Below are positions 39,013 to 47,538 of a stretch of 64,000 nucleotides of DNA, piece after piece. Numbering within the stretch: the first letter of the stretch is position 1; each line of letters begins with the position of its first letter. The notes beneath the pieces were generated by a model, which saw only the letters and a program-made list of their open reading frames with translations, was not told the origin of the DNA and made no database searches. The stretch covers positions 133,975 to 197,974 of the IMG/VR virus record IMGVR_UViG_3300032330_001609. One strand, given 5' to 3'. Position numbers and translations under genes: made by a program. The stretch comes from a virus. Its lineage: Duplodnaviria; Heunggongvirae; Uroviricota; Caudoviricetes.

Positions 39013-39339
39013 ATGAAAAAAATAATATCAGACATTAAAAGAAATTGGAAAGAGACACCAAATAGTGTTAAATTTTGGAATGGGTTAGTTTTACTCGGGT
39101 TAATTATAATTGGTATCATAGATTTAGAGATTCTTGGTGCTGTCTTAGGTTTAATGTCGATTGCGACATTGGCTGTTTTATTAAGTGCTATTGGTGATGG
39201 TGATTATTTGGAAAAACATTTGTGGATTTGGTTTACACCATTAGCTTGGATTATGTTGATAATGGTTTTAATTTTATATGGTTGTCATAAATTTTATGAG
39301 GAAATAATAATGAAATTTAATAATTGGTTAAATAATTAA
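39013..39339 (+). CDS. membrane protein
   Basis: Three TM segments. Confidence 0.5.
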   Translation: MKKIISDIKRNWKETPNSVKFWNGLVLLGLIIIGIIDLEILGAVLGLMSIATLAVLLSAIGDGDYLEKHLWIWFTPLAWIMLIMVLILYGCHKFYEEIIMKFNNWLNN

Positions 39340-39342
39340 AAT

Positions 39343-39678
39343 ATGGAAAAAAGATTAGGAAAAATTGAGTCGGTAAGTTTTGGTCTTGGTGGATATCAAG
39401 GTGCAATGTTAGGAATCCACGTTACATTAGGTACTAGTGGTTGGGGTGTTGGTGATTCAAGAGCACAATGGGATGCTGAAACAATTAGTTGTTCAGAACA
39501 TTCTCAGTGGTCAGAGTCAGATAGAGACGGATGGTACTCTGAAATTATGAGATATGTGTCAACTTTACTGAAGGAGGCTAAGGTTGATTCAGTTGATAAA
39601 TTAAAAGGAAAACCGGTTGAGGTTACTTTTGATGGTAATCAATTAAAGAGTTGGAGAATACTAACTGAGGTGTTGTAA
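39343..39678 (+). CDS. hypothetical protein
   Basis: 111 aa. Confidence 0.45.
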   Translation: MEKRLGKIESVSFGLGGYQGAMLGIHVTLGTSGWGVGDSRAQWDAETISCSEHSQWSESDRDGWYSEIMRYVSTLLKEAKVDSVDKLKGKPVEVTFDGNQLKSWRILTEVL

Positions 39679-39875
39679 TGAGTGAGTTTAACTATGCCAA
39701 AATAGAAACTCCGGATGGTGAACTTATTGGGTATATCGCAATGGAGATTGGAACCGAGAATGAAGTTGCTGTCTTGGATTATGTTGCCGACCACGGATAT
39801 GTACTGACCAAGTCCTCAAAGGAGGAATACGATGGAGCTGATGATGATTTCCAAGAAATTATTGTAAGAGAATAA
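39678..39875 (+). CDS. hypothetical small protein
   Basis: 65 aa, ATGA overlap. Confidence 0.4.
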   Translation: MSEFNYAKIETPDGELIGYIAMEIGTENEVAVLDYVADHGYVLTKSSKEEYDGADDDFQEIIVRE

Positions 39876-39876
39876 T

Positions 39877-39906
39877 ATAACCCCCATTCAAAGTGGGGGT
39901 TTTTAA
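39877..39906 (+). terminator. rho-independent terminator
   Basis: aaccccca-ttcaaa-gtgggggtt followed by T5. Confidence 0.7.
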
Positions 39907-39910
39907 TTTA

Positions 39911-39926
39911 TAGGATATTTATAGTG
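39911..39926 (+). promoter_or_regulatory. GATATTTAT-class motif (head of the paralog operon)
   Basis: taggatatttatagtg before 39928. Confidence 0.5.
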
Positions 39927-39927
39927 T

Positions 39928-40326
39928 ATGAGAGAATTAATTAAGAGAATATTGAAGGAAGAGGTTGAGACCAAGACAAAGGTTTTAATCTATATTTACT
40001 TCTGTGACCATAAAGATGAGAACTTCAGAGAGTATGTGAATCGTTTTCAGAATATGGATATTAATTTTTGGGTTAAACCCGGGAAAGGACACCACAGAGG
40101 ATTCTCAATTCAATCTATATTAGACACAGATGATATGTCTGAAGCCAAACACATTTCAAGGGGGATTTTAAGAGAGTTTGATGATAATATACTAATTGTA
40201 TTATCAAAACAAAAAGTATCCAACATAGAACCTGTGGGTGAGAATAACGAAGAAGTATTTGTTAAACCGGGTAGAAAGTTTGATGAGTTGGTTGATAAAG
40301 GTAAAAAAGGTATTTATATATTATGA
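39928..40326 (+). CDS. MKDLIKKILREE-class small protein 1
   Basis: MRELIKRILKEEVETK; first gene of a nine-gene paralog operon with TAGGATATTTATAGTG upstream. Confidence 0.6.
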   Translation: MRELIKRILKEEVETKTKVLIYIYFCDHKDENFREYVNRFQNMDINFWVKPGKGHHRGFSIQSILDTDDMSEAKHISRGILREFDDNILIVLSKQKVSNIEPVGENNEEVFVKPGRKFDELVDKGKKGIYIL

Positions 40327-40664
40327 AAGATTTAATTAGACAAATATTGAGAGAAGAATCTCAATCCAAGTTTGAGGAATTTGCTCAAAAAAGATTTGAT
40401 GGAGCGTCAAAGATTACTGAGAACGCAAAAGAAAAGGGTGGTCCGGCAATGTTGACTTACCATCATTTTGTTGTGAAATTACCACACTATAAGAAAGCAG
40501 CTGAAGGTAAGTTTGACATCAACGAATCTAAAAAAGAATTCAAAGAACACCTTGATAAACTATGTGGTTTATCCAAGGATGTTGATATGGAACAGGTAGA
40601 GTTCCAAAAGTTAGTGGGACTGATTGAAGTTCTTGGTGAGTTGATAATTAAAAGTGGTAAATAA
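40323..40664 (+). CDS. MKDLIKKILREE-class small protein 2
   Basis: MKDLIRQILREESQSKF. Confidence 0.6.
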   Translation: MKDLIRQILREESQSKFEEFAQKRFDGASKITENAKEKGGPAMLTYHHFVVKLPHYKKAAEGKFDINESKKEFKEHLDKLCGLSKDVDMEQVEFQKLVGLIEVLGELIIKSGK

Positions 40665-41257
40665 TGAAAGATTTAATTAAAAAGATATTACGAGAAGAGG
40701 TTAGTAGAAAATTTACCAAAGGTAGTCCTAATTCTCAATCAGTGATTATTAAACATATGGAGAAAATTGTCTCTAAAACAACAAGAGTTCTTCCACCGCC
40801 TGAAGATAATTATGGAAATTATAGTGAAGAGTGGTGTAAAGGTGACAATATTGTTATGGAGGCGAAATATTTTTTTAATGATGAGGATAGTGATGAAGAA
40901 ATATTCTTTTCAGGTGATTTATGGATTAATGAGAAAGAAATTGACTTTTTATCTCAAATGTTACAAGTTAGAAAAACATTTATACTTAATGTAATTACCG
41001 AATGGTATGATGAGAAATACGCAACCAAGTTTGGACAAGAAACGGGTCATCCGGAATTTGAGATTGGTGAGACACTAACTTTTGACAATTGGCGTAAATG
41101 TTATCAGATGATTGACGTTGATAATATAAGTAGAGAAGAAATGATTGATTATTTAGTTAGGGAAACATTAAATGGAAGAAATCAGTTAGAATCATTACCT
41201 GATAATGAATTAAAAAGTAAATATAGAAGTGTTTATAATGCACGATTGAATAAATAA
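40664..41257 (+). CDS. MKDLIKKILREE-class small protein 3
   Basis: MKDLIKKILREEVSRKF. Confidence 0.6.
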   Translation: MKDLIKKILREEVSRKFTKGSPNSQSVIIKHMEKIVSKTTRVLPPPEDNYGNYSEEWCKGDNIVMEAKYFFNDEDSDEEIFFSGDLWINEKEIDFLSQMLQVRKTFILNVITEWYDEKYATKFGQETGHPEFEIGETLTFDNWRKCYQMIDVDNISREEMIDYLVRETLNGRNQLESLPDNELKSKYRSVYNARLNK

Positions 41258-41598
41258 TGAAAGTAGTAATAACAGAAAGTAAATTAGAACAAGTCGCCAT
41301 TAATTGGTTGAATGATAACTATAGTGATTTGGAGTTTATTGATTACGAAAAACGACCATCGTTACATATATATGTAAAAAATAAAAATGTAATTTTTGAT
41401 TATAATATAAAAACTAAAGAAATTTTTATTACTATTGATATTTGGAAATTATTAGGTGGTATTTTTAGTATGGGTTATCAACAAATATTTGAAATATTAA
41501 AAAAATGGGTTGAGAATTATTACAACATAAAAGTTAAATTAATTAAACCGGCAGAGAACAAAAGATGGAAAGTCCTAACCTCTGAATATTCACAATAA
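41257..41598 (+). CDS. MKIIITE-family protein
   Basis: MKVVITESKLEQVAINWLNDNY; full-length similarity to 52036..52395(-). Confidence 0.65.
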   Translation: MKVVITESKLEQVAINWLNDNYSDLEFIDYEKRPSLHIYVKNKNVIFDYNIKTKEIFITIDIWKLLGGIFSMGYQQIFEILKKWVENYYNIKVKLIKPAENKRWKVLTSEYSQ

Positions 41599-41599
41599 T

Positions 41600-41929
41600 A
41601 TGAAAGTAGTAATAACAGAAAGTAGAAGGGACAAGTTAGCCAAACAAGAATTGGATAAAGAGTTCTCCAATATGTATGAAGATGTTAATTATGTGACTGA
41701 TTCTATGGGAGAAAAAAAAACAATAAGTTATCGTAATGGTGATGGTGTTATTATGATGTATGGTGAAGGTGCGGATGTTTTATATATTTGCGATGATGTA
41801 ATAAAACCAATTATATTTTTTGGTTATACACCACATCAGGTTAAAATGTTGGTTAAAGAATGGTTCTCTGAAAAATTTGGGTTACCGGTTGGTATAATTC
41901 ACCATACAGTTAAAGGATTATTAAACTAA
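41600..41929 (+). CDS. MKIIITE-family protein
   Basis: MKVVITESRRDKLAKQEL; C-terminus ...KEWFSEKFGLPV. Confidence 0.65.
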   Translation: MKVVITESRRDKLAKQELDKEFSNMYEDVNYVTDSMGEKKTISYRNGDGVIMMYGEGADVLYICDDVIKPIIFFGYTPHQVKMLVKEWFSEKFGLPVGIIHHTVKGLLN

Positions 41930-42237
41930 TGAAATTATTAATCACCGAAGATAAACGAATTAGATTAATTCAAAATTATATTATGTCTACCTTCCCGGAG
42001 GTTGATAGTGTTGATATTAGTGATAAAAAAGTTTTATTGAGTCAAGATAGTCCAAAAAATGAACAAGGTGAAATTATTACCGTAACACTTATAACACTTA
42101 ATTTCAAAAGTGGTAAGATGCAGATTAGTCCAACAACAACATCAAGAAAAATAATGAAACAAGTTGATTCTATTTTTGGGCTTGATTTAGCAGATTATGG
42201 TTCCAAATGGGATTTTACGTATAAAATGGTAAACTAA
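41929..42237 (+). CDS. MKIIITE-family protein
   Basis: MKLLITEDKRIRLIQNYI. Confidence 0.6.
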   Translation: MKLLITEDKRIRLIQNYIMSTFPEVDSVDISDKKVLLSQDSPKNEQGEIITVTLITLNFKSGKMQISPTTTSRKIMKQVDSIFGLDLADYGSKWDFTYKMVN

Positions 42238-42617
42238 TGAAAATAATAATATCAGAAAATAGAGTTAATCAAGTTATCCGTAAGTATTTGGATGAAACGT
42301 TCTACCCTGATTATGGGTGGGCAAATCCTGATGTTTATCAAAAAGATGTTAAACAATATGGTGACCTTGTATTTTTCATTAATGACCAAGATTCTTACGT
42401 TTATTATGGTTGTAATGCTAATGGTGGTCCGGAAGATGAATTCTTTGCGCCTTATGGACATCTACATAATCATAAATGTCCTTTATTGTCAATATATCCA
42501 AGAATTAGTGAGAAATTAACTTCATTATTTGGTGATAAATGGAAATCAGTATTCAAAGAATGGTTTGAAGAAAATACAGGATTAGAGGTTGTTCAAATAA
42601 CGGATGATTATATATAA
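42237..42617 (+). CDS. MKIIITE-family protein
   Basis: MKIIISENRVNQVIRKYL; C-terminus ...FKEWFEENTGLEV. Confidence 0.65.
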   Translation: MKIIISENRVNQVIRKYLDETFYPDYGWANPDVYQKDVKQYGDLVFFINDQDSYVYYGCNANGGPEDEFFAPYGHLHNHKCPLLSIYPRISEKLTSLFGDKWKSVFKEWFEENTGLEVVQITDDYI

Positions 42618-42619
42618 CA

Positions 42620-42994
42620 ATGAAGATATTAATAACAGAAAATAGACAACGACAATTAGCCTACAAGATGTTAGACGATAAGTTAAGTGAATTAACACGT
42701 AAAGACATTGACTTAAATAAAGAATCCGTGTTAAGTAATTGGCAGGTATTGTTTATTGATAAAGATGGTAACATTGAGATGAGATATAATGAAAAGAATG
42801 GAACATTATATGTTTCATCTCGTTTTGTTATTCCTTTAAGATTACTCTCATTTGATGTGGAGGAATTAAATAGGTTGGTCACTTGGTGGTTTACTGATAG
42901 AATTCGTTTAGAACCTGAAGATATGTACATTGTTTCACCCGGGTCATTAGATTGGGAAAATATGGGACTTGAAGGTTTAATGGATGAGTTTTAG
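42620..42994 (+). CDS. MKIIITE-family protein
   Basis: MKILITENRQRQLAYKML; C-terminus ...WWFTDRIRLEP. Confidence 0.65.
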   Translation: MKILITENRQRQLAYKMLDDKLSELTRKDIDLNKESVLSNWQVLFIDKDGNIEMRYNEKNGTLYVSSRFVIPLRLLSFDVEELNRLVTWWFTDRIRLEPEDMYIVSPGSLDWENMGLEGLMDEF

Positions 42995-42997
42995 AAT

Positions 42998-43025
42998 AAC
43001 GCCCGTAATAACGGGCATTTTTTAT
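42998..43025 (+). terminator. rho-independent terminator ending the paralog operon
   Basis: gcccgtaataacgggc followed by T8. Confidence 0.7.
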
Positions 43026-43139
43026 TATATTTCATTTGTAAAACTACCCACAATGCGTAGTATTGCGTGAATGAAATATATTACCAATCACCACAAGATA
43101 AACCCCAATTTTTGGGGTTTATCTTGCCACAAAAGGTAA

Positions 43140-43460
43140 TTACTTCATATTCTTCAAGATTGACTTAATAATGTCAATAGACTCTCTGTCCTGTTTAGTT
43201 TTAGATTTCTTATTGTTGAGATATTGTAATGACTCTAACAATTCTTCTTTCTTGGTAACAGGTTTTGGTAATGGTTTAGGTTCAACCGGAGCAGGTGCTG
43301 GAACATAAACAATTTTCTCAACAACTTTAACAACCGGTTTAGGTTGTGGTTGAGGTTTATATACCACACGAGATTGGCTATATAACGCATTGTACACTTT
43401 CACAGCACTCTCTGTGTCTTTACTAATCAATCTAACGGCTAAAAAATCAAGTAATTTCAT
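43140..43460 (-). CDS. proline-rich hypothetical protein
   Basis: 106 aa with PQPQPKP/PAPAPVEPKPLPKP repeats; a host-type TATCTTTG box lies on the minus strand 5 nt upstream. Confidence 0.5.
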   Translation of the reverse strand: MKLLDFLAVRLISKDTESAVKVYNALYSQSRVVYKPQPQPKPVVKVVEKIVYVPAPAPVEPKPLPKPVTKKEELLESLQYLNNKKSKTKQDRESIDIIKSILKNMK

Positions 43461-43464
43461 ACGA

Positions 43465-43472
43465 CAAAGATA
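43465..43472 (-). promoter_or_regulatory. Bacteroidota-type -7 box on the minus strand
   Basis: The minus strand reads tatatctttgtcgtATG; divergent with the + gene 43523. Confidence 0.4.
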
Positions 43473-43522
43473 TAATAATATTTTGGTTTGACAAAATAAT
43501 ATCCAATGATTATTATTAACGT

Positions 43523-43771
43523 ATGAGAATCAAAGCAATATATAAAAAGAACTTAAAGATGAGTGAGGGTAAAGTGGCGGCACAGATTGCTCACGCAGTT
43601 AAGAATTTGGGAATAACACCGGTTGATAGTGATATCATAGTACTGAAGGTGTCGGATAAGAAGTTTGAGGAATTAACATCACAGAATGATTGTTATATTC
43701 AAACAGATAAAGGAATGACTGAGGTAGAATCAGGAACACAGACCGCAGCGGCGTGGATAGAGATACAATAG
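43523..43771 (+). CDS. peptidyl-tRNA hydrolase, PTH2-like
   Basis: KMSEGKVAAQIAHA resembles the PTH2 KMGKGKIAAQCSHA core, and DKGMTEVESGTQTAAA resembles the PTH2 DAGRTQIAPGS block. It is short at 82 aa. Confidence 0.5.
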   Translation: MRIKAIYKKNLKMSEGKVAAQIAHAVKNLGITPVDSDIIVLKVSDKKFEELTSQNDCYIQTDKGMTEVESGTQTAAAWIEIQ

Positions 43772-44076
43772 TAATGAAAAATAAAATAAAAATACATTAC
43801 GTCACATCACCAAAATTTACAGTTAATGGTGAAGAATATTATGTTCAATCCCGAATGTTAAAAGATTTTTCGGAAATTGATTCTTTGATTGAAAAAGAAC
43901 TTAAAAGAGTTGAAACATTAGGGTATAATATTGAATTAGCAATATATTCATTCACAAATGTATATGACGGAAAATTGGTTGAGAGTGTGGATGGGGAACA
44001 CGTTATTTTGTTTATGAGATATCGTTTTTTCAAGTCAGACGGAGACCATTTACCAATATCAATAAATTTACAATAA
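43753..44076 (+). CDS. hypothetical protein
   Basis: 107 aa. Confidence 0.45.
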   Translation: MDRDTIVMKNKIKIHYVTSPKFTVNGEEYYVQSRMLKDFSEIDSLIEKELKRVETLGYNIELAIYSFTNVYDGKLVESVDGEHVILFMRYRFFKSDGDHLPISINLQ

Positions 44077-44079
44077 CAT

Positions 44080-44361
44080 ATGGAATTACCAACAGATTAT
44101 ACAAAACTAACCCAACCACAACGAAGAGAAGTTAGATTACAATATATTAAGGAACAGAACAATCTGTGTATGTATTGTGGTGAAACATTAGATGAGGTTG
44201 CTCCGGATATAATAACAAGTAAACCAATCAATTGGAGACTATTCCCACAAGGGTTTTTAGACCATCCAATTCATCTGCAACATTGTCATAAAACAAATAT
44301 GACTGAAGGTGCTGTACACGCATATTGTAATGCTGTCTTATGGCAATACGAAGGAAGATAA
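44080..44361 (+). CDS. endonuclease VII-like / HNH-type zinc nuclease
   Basis: CMYCGETL ... LDHPIHLQHCHKTNMTEGAVHAYCNAVL resembles the Endo VII C..C...DHDH.TG..RGLLC..CN pattern. Confidence 0.4.
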   Translation: MELPTDYTKLTQPQRREVRLQYIKEQNNLCMYCGETLDEVAPDIITSKPINWRLFPQGFLDHPIHLQHCHKTNMTEGAVHAYCNAVLWQYEGR

Positions 44362-44373
44362 TAATACAAATAT

Positions 44374-44940
44374 ATGAACTTAAACGAAGAACTATCAAAA
44401 ATGAAATCGATTATGGGTATCAATGAGAATAAACAATCATATCCATACTCTTGTGTAATGTTATACTTTAATCCGGATGCGATTACAGAACTACACAACA
44501 AAATAAACCCTGAGGACTTATACGTGGAAGAAGATGGATTCGGTTTGGAACCGGAATCACACTGTACTCTATTGTATGGATTACACGACAATGAGGTAAC
44601 ACCGGAACAAATAGAACAAATATTGGGTAACAAAACCTTCACAACTTGTAAAGCTCACAACCTATCTTGTTTCAACAATCCAAAGTATGATGTGTTAAAG
44701 TATGATATAATGGGGGACAATCTAAATGAAACAAATGAGGAGTTAAAACAATTCCCATTCACAAGTGATTACCCTGACTATCATCCACATATGACAATCG
44801 CATATCTTAAACCGGGCAAAGGTAAAGAATATATTGATATGTTGGGTAATGACCACAAAGAAATGTGGATGGCTCCACAACACGCTGTTTATTCAAGAAC
44901 AAATGGTGAAAAATTAAAAATTCCTGTAAGAATTGACTAA
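44374..44940 (+). CDS. 2H phosphoesterase (LigT / 2'-5' RNA ligase-like)
   Basis: Two H-x-T-x motifs (HCTLLY and HMTIAY). The N-terminal leader MNLNEELSKMKSIMG is shared with 46878, 50075 and 50507. Confidence 0.6.
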   Translation: MNLNEELSKMKSIMGINENKQSYPYSCVMLYFNPDAITELHNKINPEDLYVEEDGFGLEPESHCTLLYGLHDNEVTPEQIEQILGNKTFTTCKAHNLSCFNNPKYDVLKYDIMGDNLNETNEELKQFPFTSDYPDYHPHMTIAYLKPGKGKEYIDMLGNDHKEMWMAPQHAVYSRTNGEKLKIPVRID

Positions 44941-44968
44941 ATAAATTTGGTGGATTAAAAAATAATAT

Positions 44969-44976
44969 TATCTTTG
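44969..44976 (+). promoter_or_regulatory. Bacteroidota-type -7 box
   Basis: aataatattatctttgtaccc before 45005. Confidence 0.55.
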
Positions 44977-45004
44977 TACCCAATATTAATTAAAATAAAA
45001 AATT

Positions 45005-45520
45005 ATGATTTCAGAAGGGCAGTTTTTGATTGGTTTGTTAGTTTTATTAACAATTGGGTTAACAGTATTATTTTATAAGATGTCGAAAGGCGAAGAAATA
45101 CCAATACTTTTGTTAATGCTTATGGCGTTTGCTAGTTCGTTGTTATTAAGTATAGGTGTTTTTACTTGTGTCAGATGGGTAGATTCAGATACTACTGAGT
45201 ATTATTCCCGAAGAGCAAACATTGCATCAATAAAGAATAGTAATGAGGTTAGTGGTAGTTTTACGTTGGGTTGTGGTACAATAGAGCAAACAGAGTATTA
45301 CTACTATTATTACAAATCAGTTGATGGTTATGTAAGAGGGAAGAAACCGGTTGATAAAACATTTATTGTTGAGGATGGGTCTGACAAACCACACGTTGAG
45401 ATTAAAATGACACATTTTGAATCAAAGTCGGGTTTATTCGACTATCACGATGAGGAAGGTGATAAATATAAAATAGTGGTACCAAAAGGTGCTGTGGTTA
45501 ATAAATTTGAGGTGTATTAA
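45005..45520 (+). CDS. membrane protein
   Basis: Two TM segments at the N-terminus; host-type promoter at 44969-44976. Confidence 0.5.
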   Translation: MISEGQFLIGLLVLLTIGLTVLFYKMSKGEEIPILLLMLMAFASSLLLSIGVFTCVRWVDSDTTEYYSRRANIASIKNSNEVSGSFTLGCGTIEQTEYYYYYYKSVDGYVRGKKPVDKTFIVEDGSDKPHVEIKMTHFESKSGLFDYHDEEGDKYKIVVPKGAVVNKFEVY

Positions 45521-45522
45521 TT

Positions 45523-46137
45523 ATGATAGTAAATACAATTGAGTTCCCACAACCGGTTGGGGTAAAATGTAATATGATGCCGTTCATCCAAGGTGATAGT
45601 TCATCATTACCGGAAGAGTACAAATCCTATTCAAAGATAGTTGATGAGAACTATCTTGAGAAAGGTGAGATTGGTTATCTAACCATAGATGAATCATTCG
45701 TTGATGGTGGGAAAACGCAAAGAGGTTACAACTCCAAGGGGATTGATAGAAACGTCCACATAGAAGTCGGAAGATATGAGAATAAAAACCGATGGGGTGG
45801 AAGTGGTGGTGGGTCATCTTGGGGTGGTAGAAACCATACCTTATTAGATGATGACACGATGGTATTGATTGCCAACAACATTTCTGATACTTGTAGAGTA
45901 TGGGATACCAAAGAGATGTCGTATACTGATGATGGTGATTTGAGTGAATACATAGACAGATATCCGGAGAACACCGGTAGATTGTTAAAGTCGGGTGAGG
46001 TTGCAAAGATAAGTATTTTTACACCACACGAGTGTGTTTCACAAAAAGAATCTAAGTACAGACAATTCTTCAGGATTGTTGGTAAAGGTGTGACCGGGAG
46101 AGAAGAATATTTTACAATTAATCCTTTATTAAATTAA
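45523..46137 (+). CDS. hypothetical protein
   Basis: 204 aa. Confidence 0.55.
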   Translation: MIVNTIEFPQPVGVKCNMMPFIQGDSSSLPEEYKSYSKIVDENYLEKGEIGYLTIDESFVDGGKTQRGYNSKGIDRNVHIEVGRYENKNRWGGSGGGSSWGGRNHTLLDDDTMVLIANNISDTCRVWDTKEMSYTDDGDLSEYIDRYPENTGRLLKSGEVAKISIFTPHECVSQKESKYRQFFRIVGKGVTGREEYFTINPLLN

Positions 46138-46139
46138 TT

Positions 46140-46310
46140 ATGAAACATATTATAAATTTATTAGTGATACTAATATTGACAGGTTTTTCGGTGGGAATTG
46201 CATATCTACAAGTCAATAATCCAAAAGATGTTTGGTTTTTGGCTTACCTACCATTATGTATTTTTATGTTCCTTTGGGGTCTAAAACTTGATGGTGATTA
46301 TAAAAATTAA
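46140..46310 (+). CDS. small membrane protein (56 aa)
   Basis: Translated by hand (MKHIINLLVILILTGFSVG...); its start sits 2 nt after the upstream stop. Confidence 0.35.
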   Translation: MKHIINLLVILILTGFSVGIAYLQVNNPKDVWFLAYLPLCIFMFLWGLKLDGDYKN

Positions 46311-46317
46311 ATAAAAT

Positions 46318-46493
46318 AGTCAGGTGACGGAATGTTAGACGTTACCCACCAACACACATAGGGAGATTCAGATTGTTGTGTGTGCAGATTGTAGCACGTA
46401 TTATAGCGTAAGTGACCGAAACTAAGGTCGTAGTATAATCGTAGTGTATAGGCAAAGCAATCACTCATACAGGTTCAAGTCCTGTCCTGACTA
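46318..46493 (+). ncRNA. tRNA-like element (acceptor stem plus T-arm) with a roughly 100-nt internal insertion
   Basis: The 3' end acagg-TTCAAGT-cctgt-cctgact-a is a canonical T-arm plus acceptor 3' strand with discriminator. The exact complement agtcagg occurs once, 176 nt upstream. Confidence 0.35.
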
Positions 46494-46832
46494 CTAATGT
46501 CTATAACCTTGTGGCATTTTGAAGACAAATCCTTCACCATCACCACAATCAAAGAATGCTTTAATTTGGGGAGTTTTACCAATACTAAAAGGATTGTTAG
46601 TGTCGGCTCCCATCATACTGAATAATGTTTTAATATCTTCGTCGATTTTAATCATTTGCATTTCATCCAAACATTCTTCAGTGGTAAGGTTAACCACATA
46701 ATTCCAACCTAAAAATGATGAATGCTCTCTACCTAAATCAGAGAATAAATCATCAACACTTACTACCCCGGATATCACGGGGTATTTTTTCATTATTACT
46801 TTTTCAACTGAGTATTTAATCTTTTCTTCCAT
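46494..46832 (-). CDS. hypothetical protein
   Basis: 112 aa; its stop abuts the end of the tRNA-like element. Confidence 0.45.
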   Translation of the reverse strand: MEEKIKYSVEKVIMKKYPVISGVVSVDDLFSDLGREHSSFLGWNYVVNLTTEECLDEMQMIKIDEDIKTLFSMMGADTNNPFSIGKTPQIKAFFDCGDGEGFVFKMPQGYRH

Positions 46833-46861
46833 ACTAAATAAATATATTATTAATGATAAAA

Positions 46862-46874
46862 TGATATATTTATT
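46862..46874 (+). promoter_or_regulatory. GATATTTAT-class motif
   Basis: gatatatttattg before 46878. Confidence 0.45.
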
Positions 46875-46877
46875 GTT

Positions 46878-47273
46878 ATGAACTTACACGAAAACATAGA
46901 TAGAATCAAGTCAATAATGGATGAAGGTAAAGACGCTTACGTCTCAAGAGCTTCTTATGACCAAGAGTATGAAGAGGAATATCCAAAGTGGCAAAAAATT
47001 ATGATTAAGTTTTTAAGTATGGAGATAAATGCTTATAGTGAAAATGATGATGTAATAGTATTGTATAATGAGAAAAATGGTGACAAATATTTGATGAGGT
47101 ACAATAAAAAGAACGAACATCTGTGGTGGGATTATTCATTACAGGATATGTTAATGAAATTAGTACCCTATGGTTATATATCAAGACATTTTAAGTATGC
47201 GATTCAGGACTTCTTCAAAAAACATTTTCCTGACTATGGTGTTAGAGATATAACAGGTGCAAATATAGGATAA
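46878..47273 (+). CDS. MNLxENIxRI-class protein
   Basis: MNLHENIDRIKSIMDEGKD; GATATATTTATTG upstream. Confidence 0.55.
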   Translation: MNLHENIDRIKSIMDEGKDAYVSRASYDQEYEEEYPKWQKIMIKFLSMEINAYSENDDVIVLYNEKNGDKYLMRYNKKNEHLWWDYSLQDMLMKLVPYGYISRHFKYAIQDFFKKHFPDYGVRDITGANIG

Positions 47274-47274
47274 T

Positions 47275-47538
47275 ATGGAAACACAAAATTATGACAACAG
47301 ACAATTTATTATATTCAATGTATCAGAACTACCAAACATTGATTTTACTCAGGTATTAGAAACATCTATTGATACGGTTAGAAAATCCGTTGATGATACT
47401 AAAACATTTGTTAAATGGGATGGTGATATGCCGGAGTGTGTTTCAACTTTAACAACACAAGAAGGTCCTTATACCTATGAGGAAATATTAACCATTTTAT
47501 CTACTTCTGATTGGAATAAACCAATTGATGAATTATAA
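47275..47538 (+). CDS. hypothetical protein
   Basis: 87 aa. Confidence 0.45.
   Translation: METQNYDNRQFIIFNVSELPNIDFTQVLETSIDTVRKSVDDTKTFVKWDGDMPECVSTLTTQEGPYTYEEILTILSTSDWNKPIDEL

Noticed and set aside
43025-43140. Hairpin gataaacccca-attttt-ggggtttatc at about 43093-43123, considered as a terminator for the minus gene 43140..43460
   Set aside because: It is not followed by a T-run on either strand, so it was not called as a terminator. It may be a structural or regulatory hairpin.
46318-46493. Interpretation of the tRNA-like element as a group I intron-containing tRNA or as an attP
   Set aside because: A roughly 100-nt insertion is too short for a group I intron. No integrase or recombinase gene is adjacent. 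Kept only as a generic tRNA-like or intron-containing candidate.
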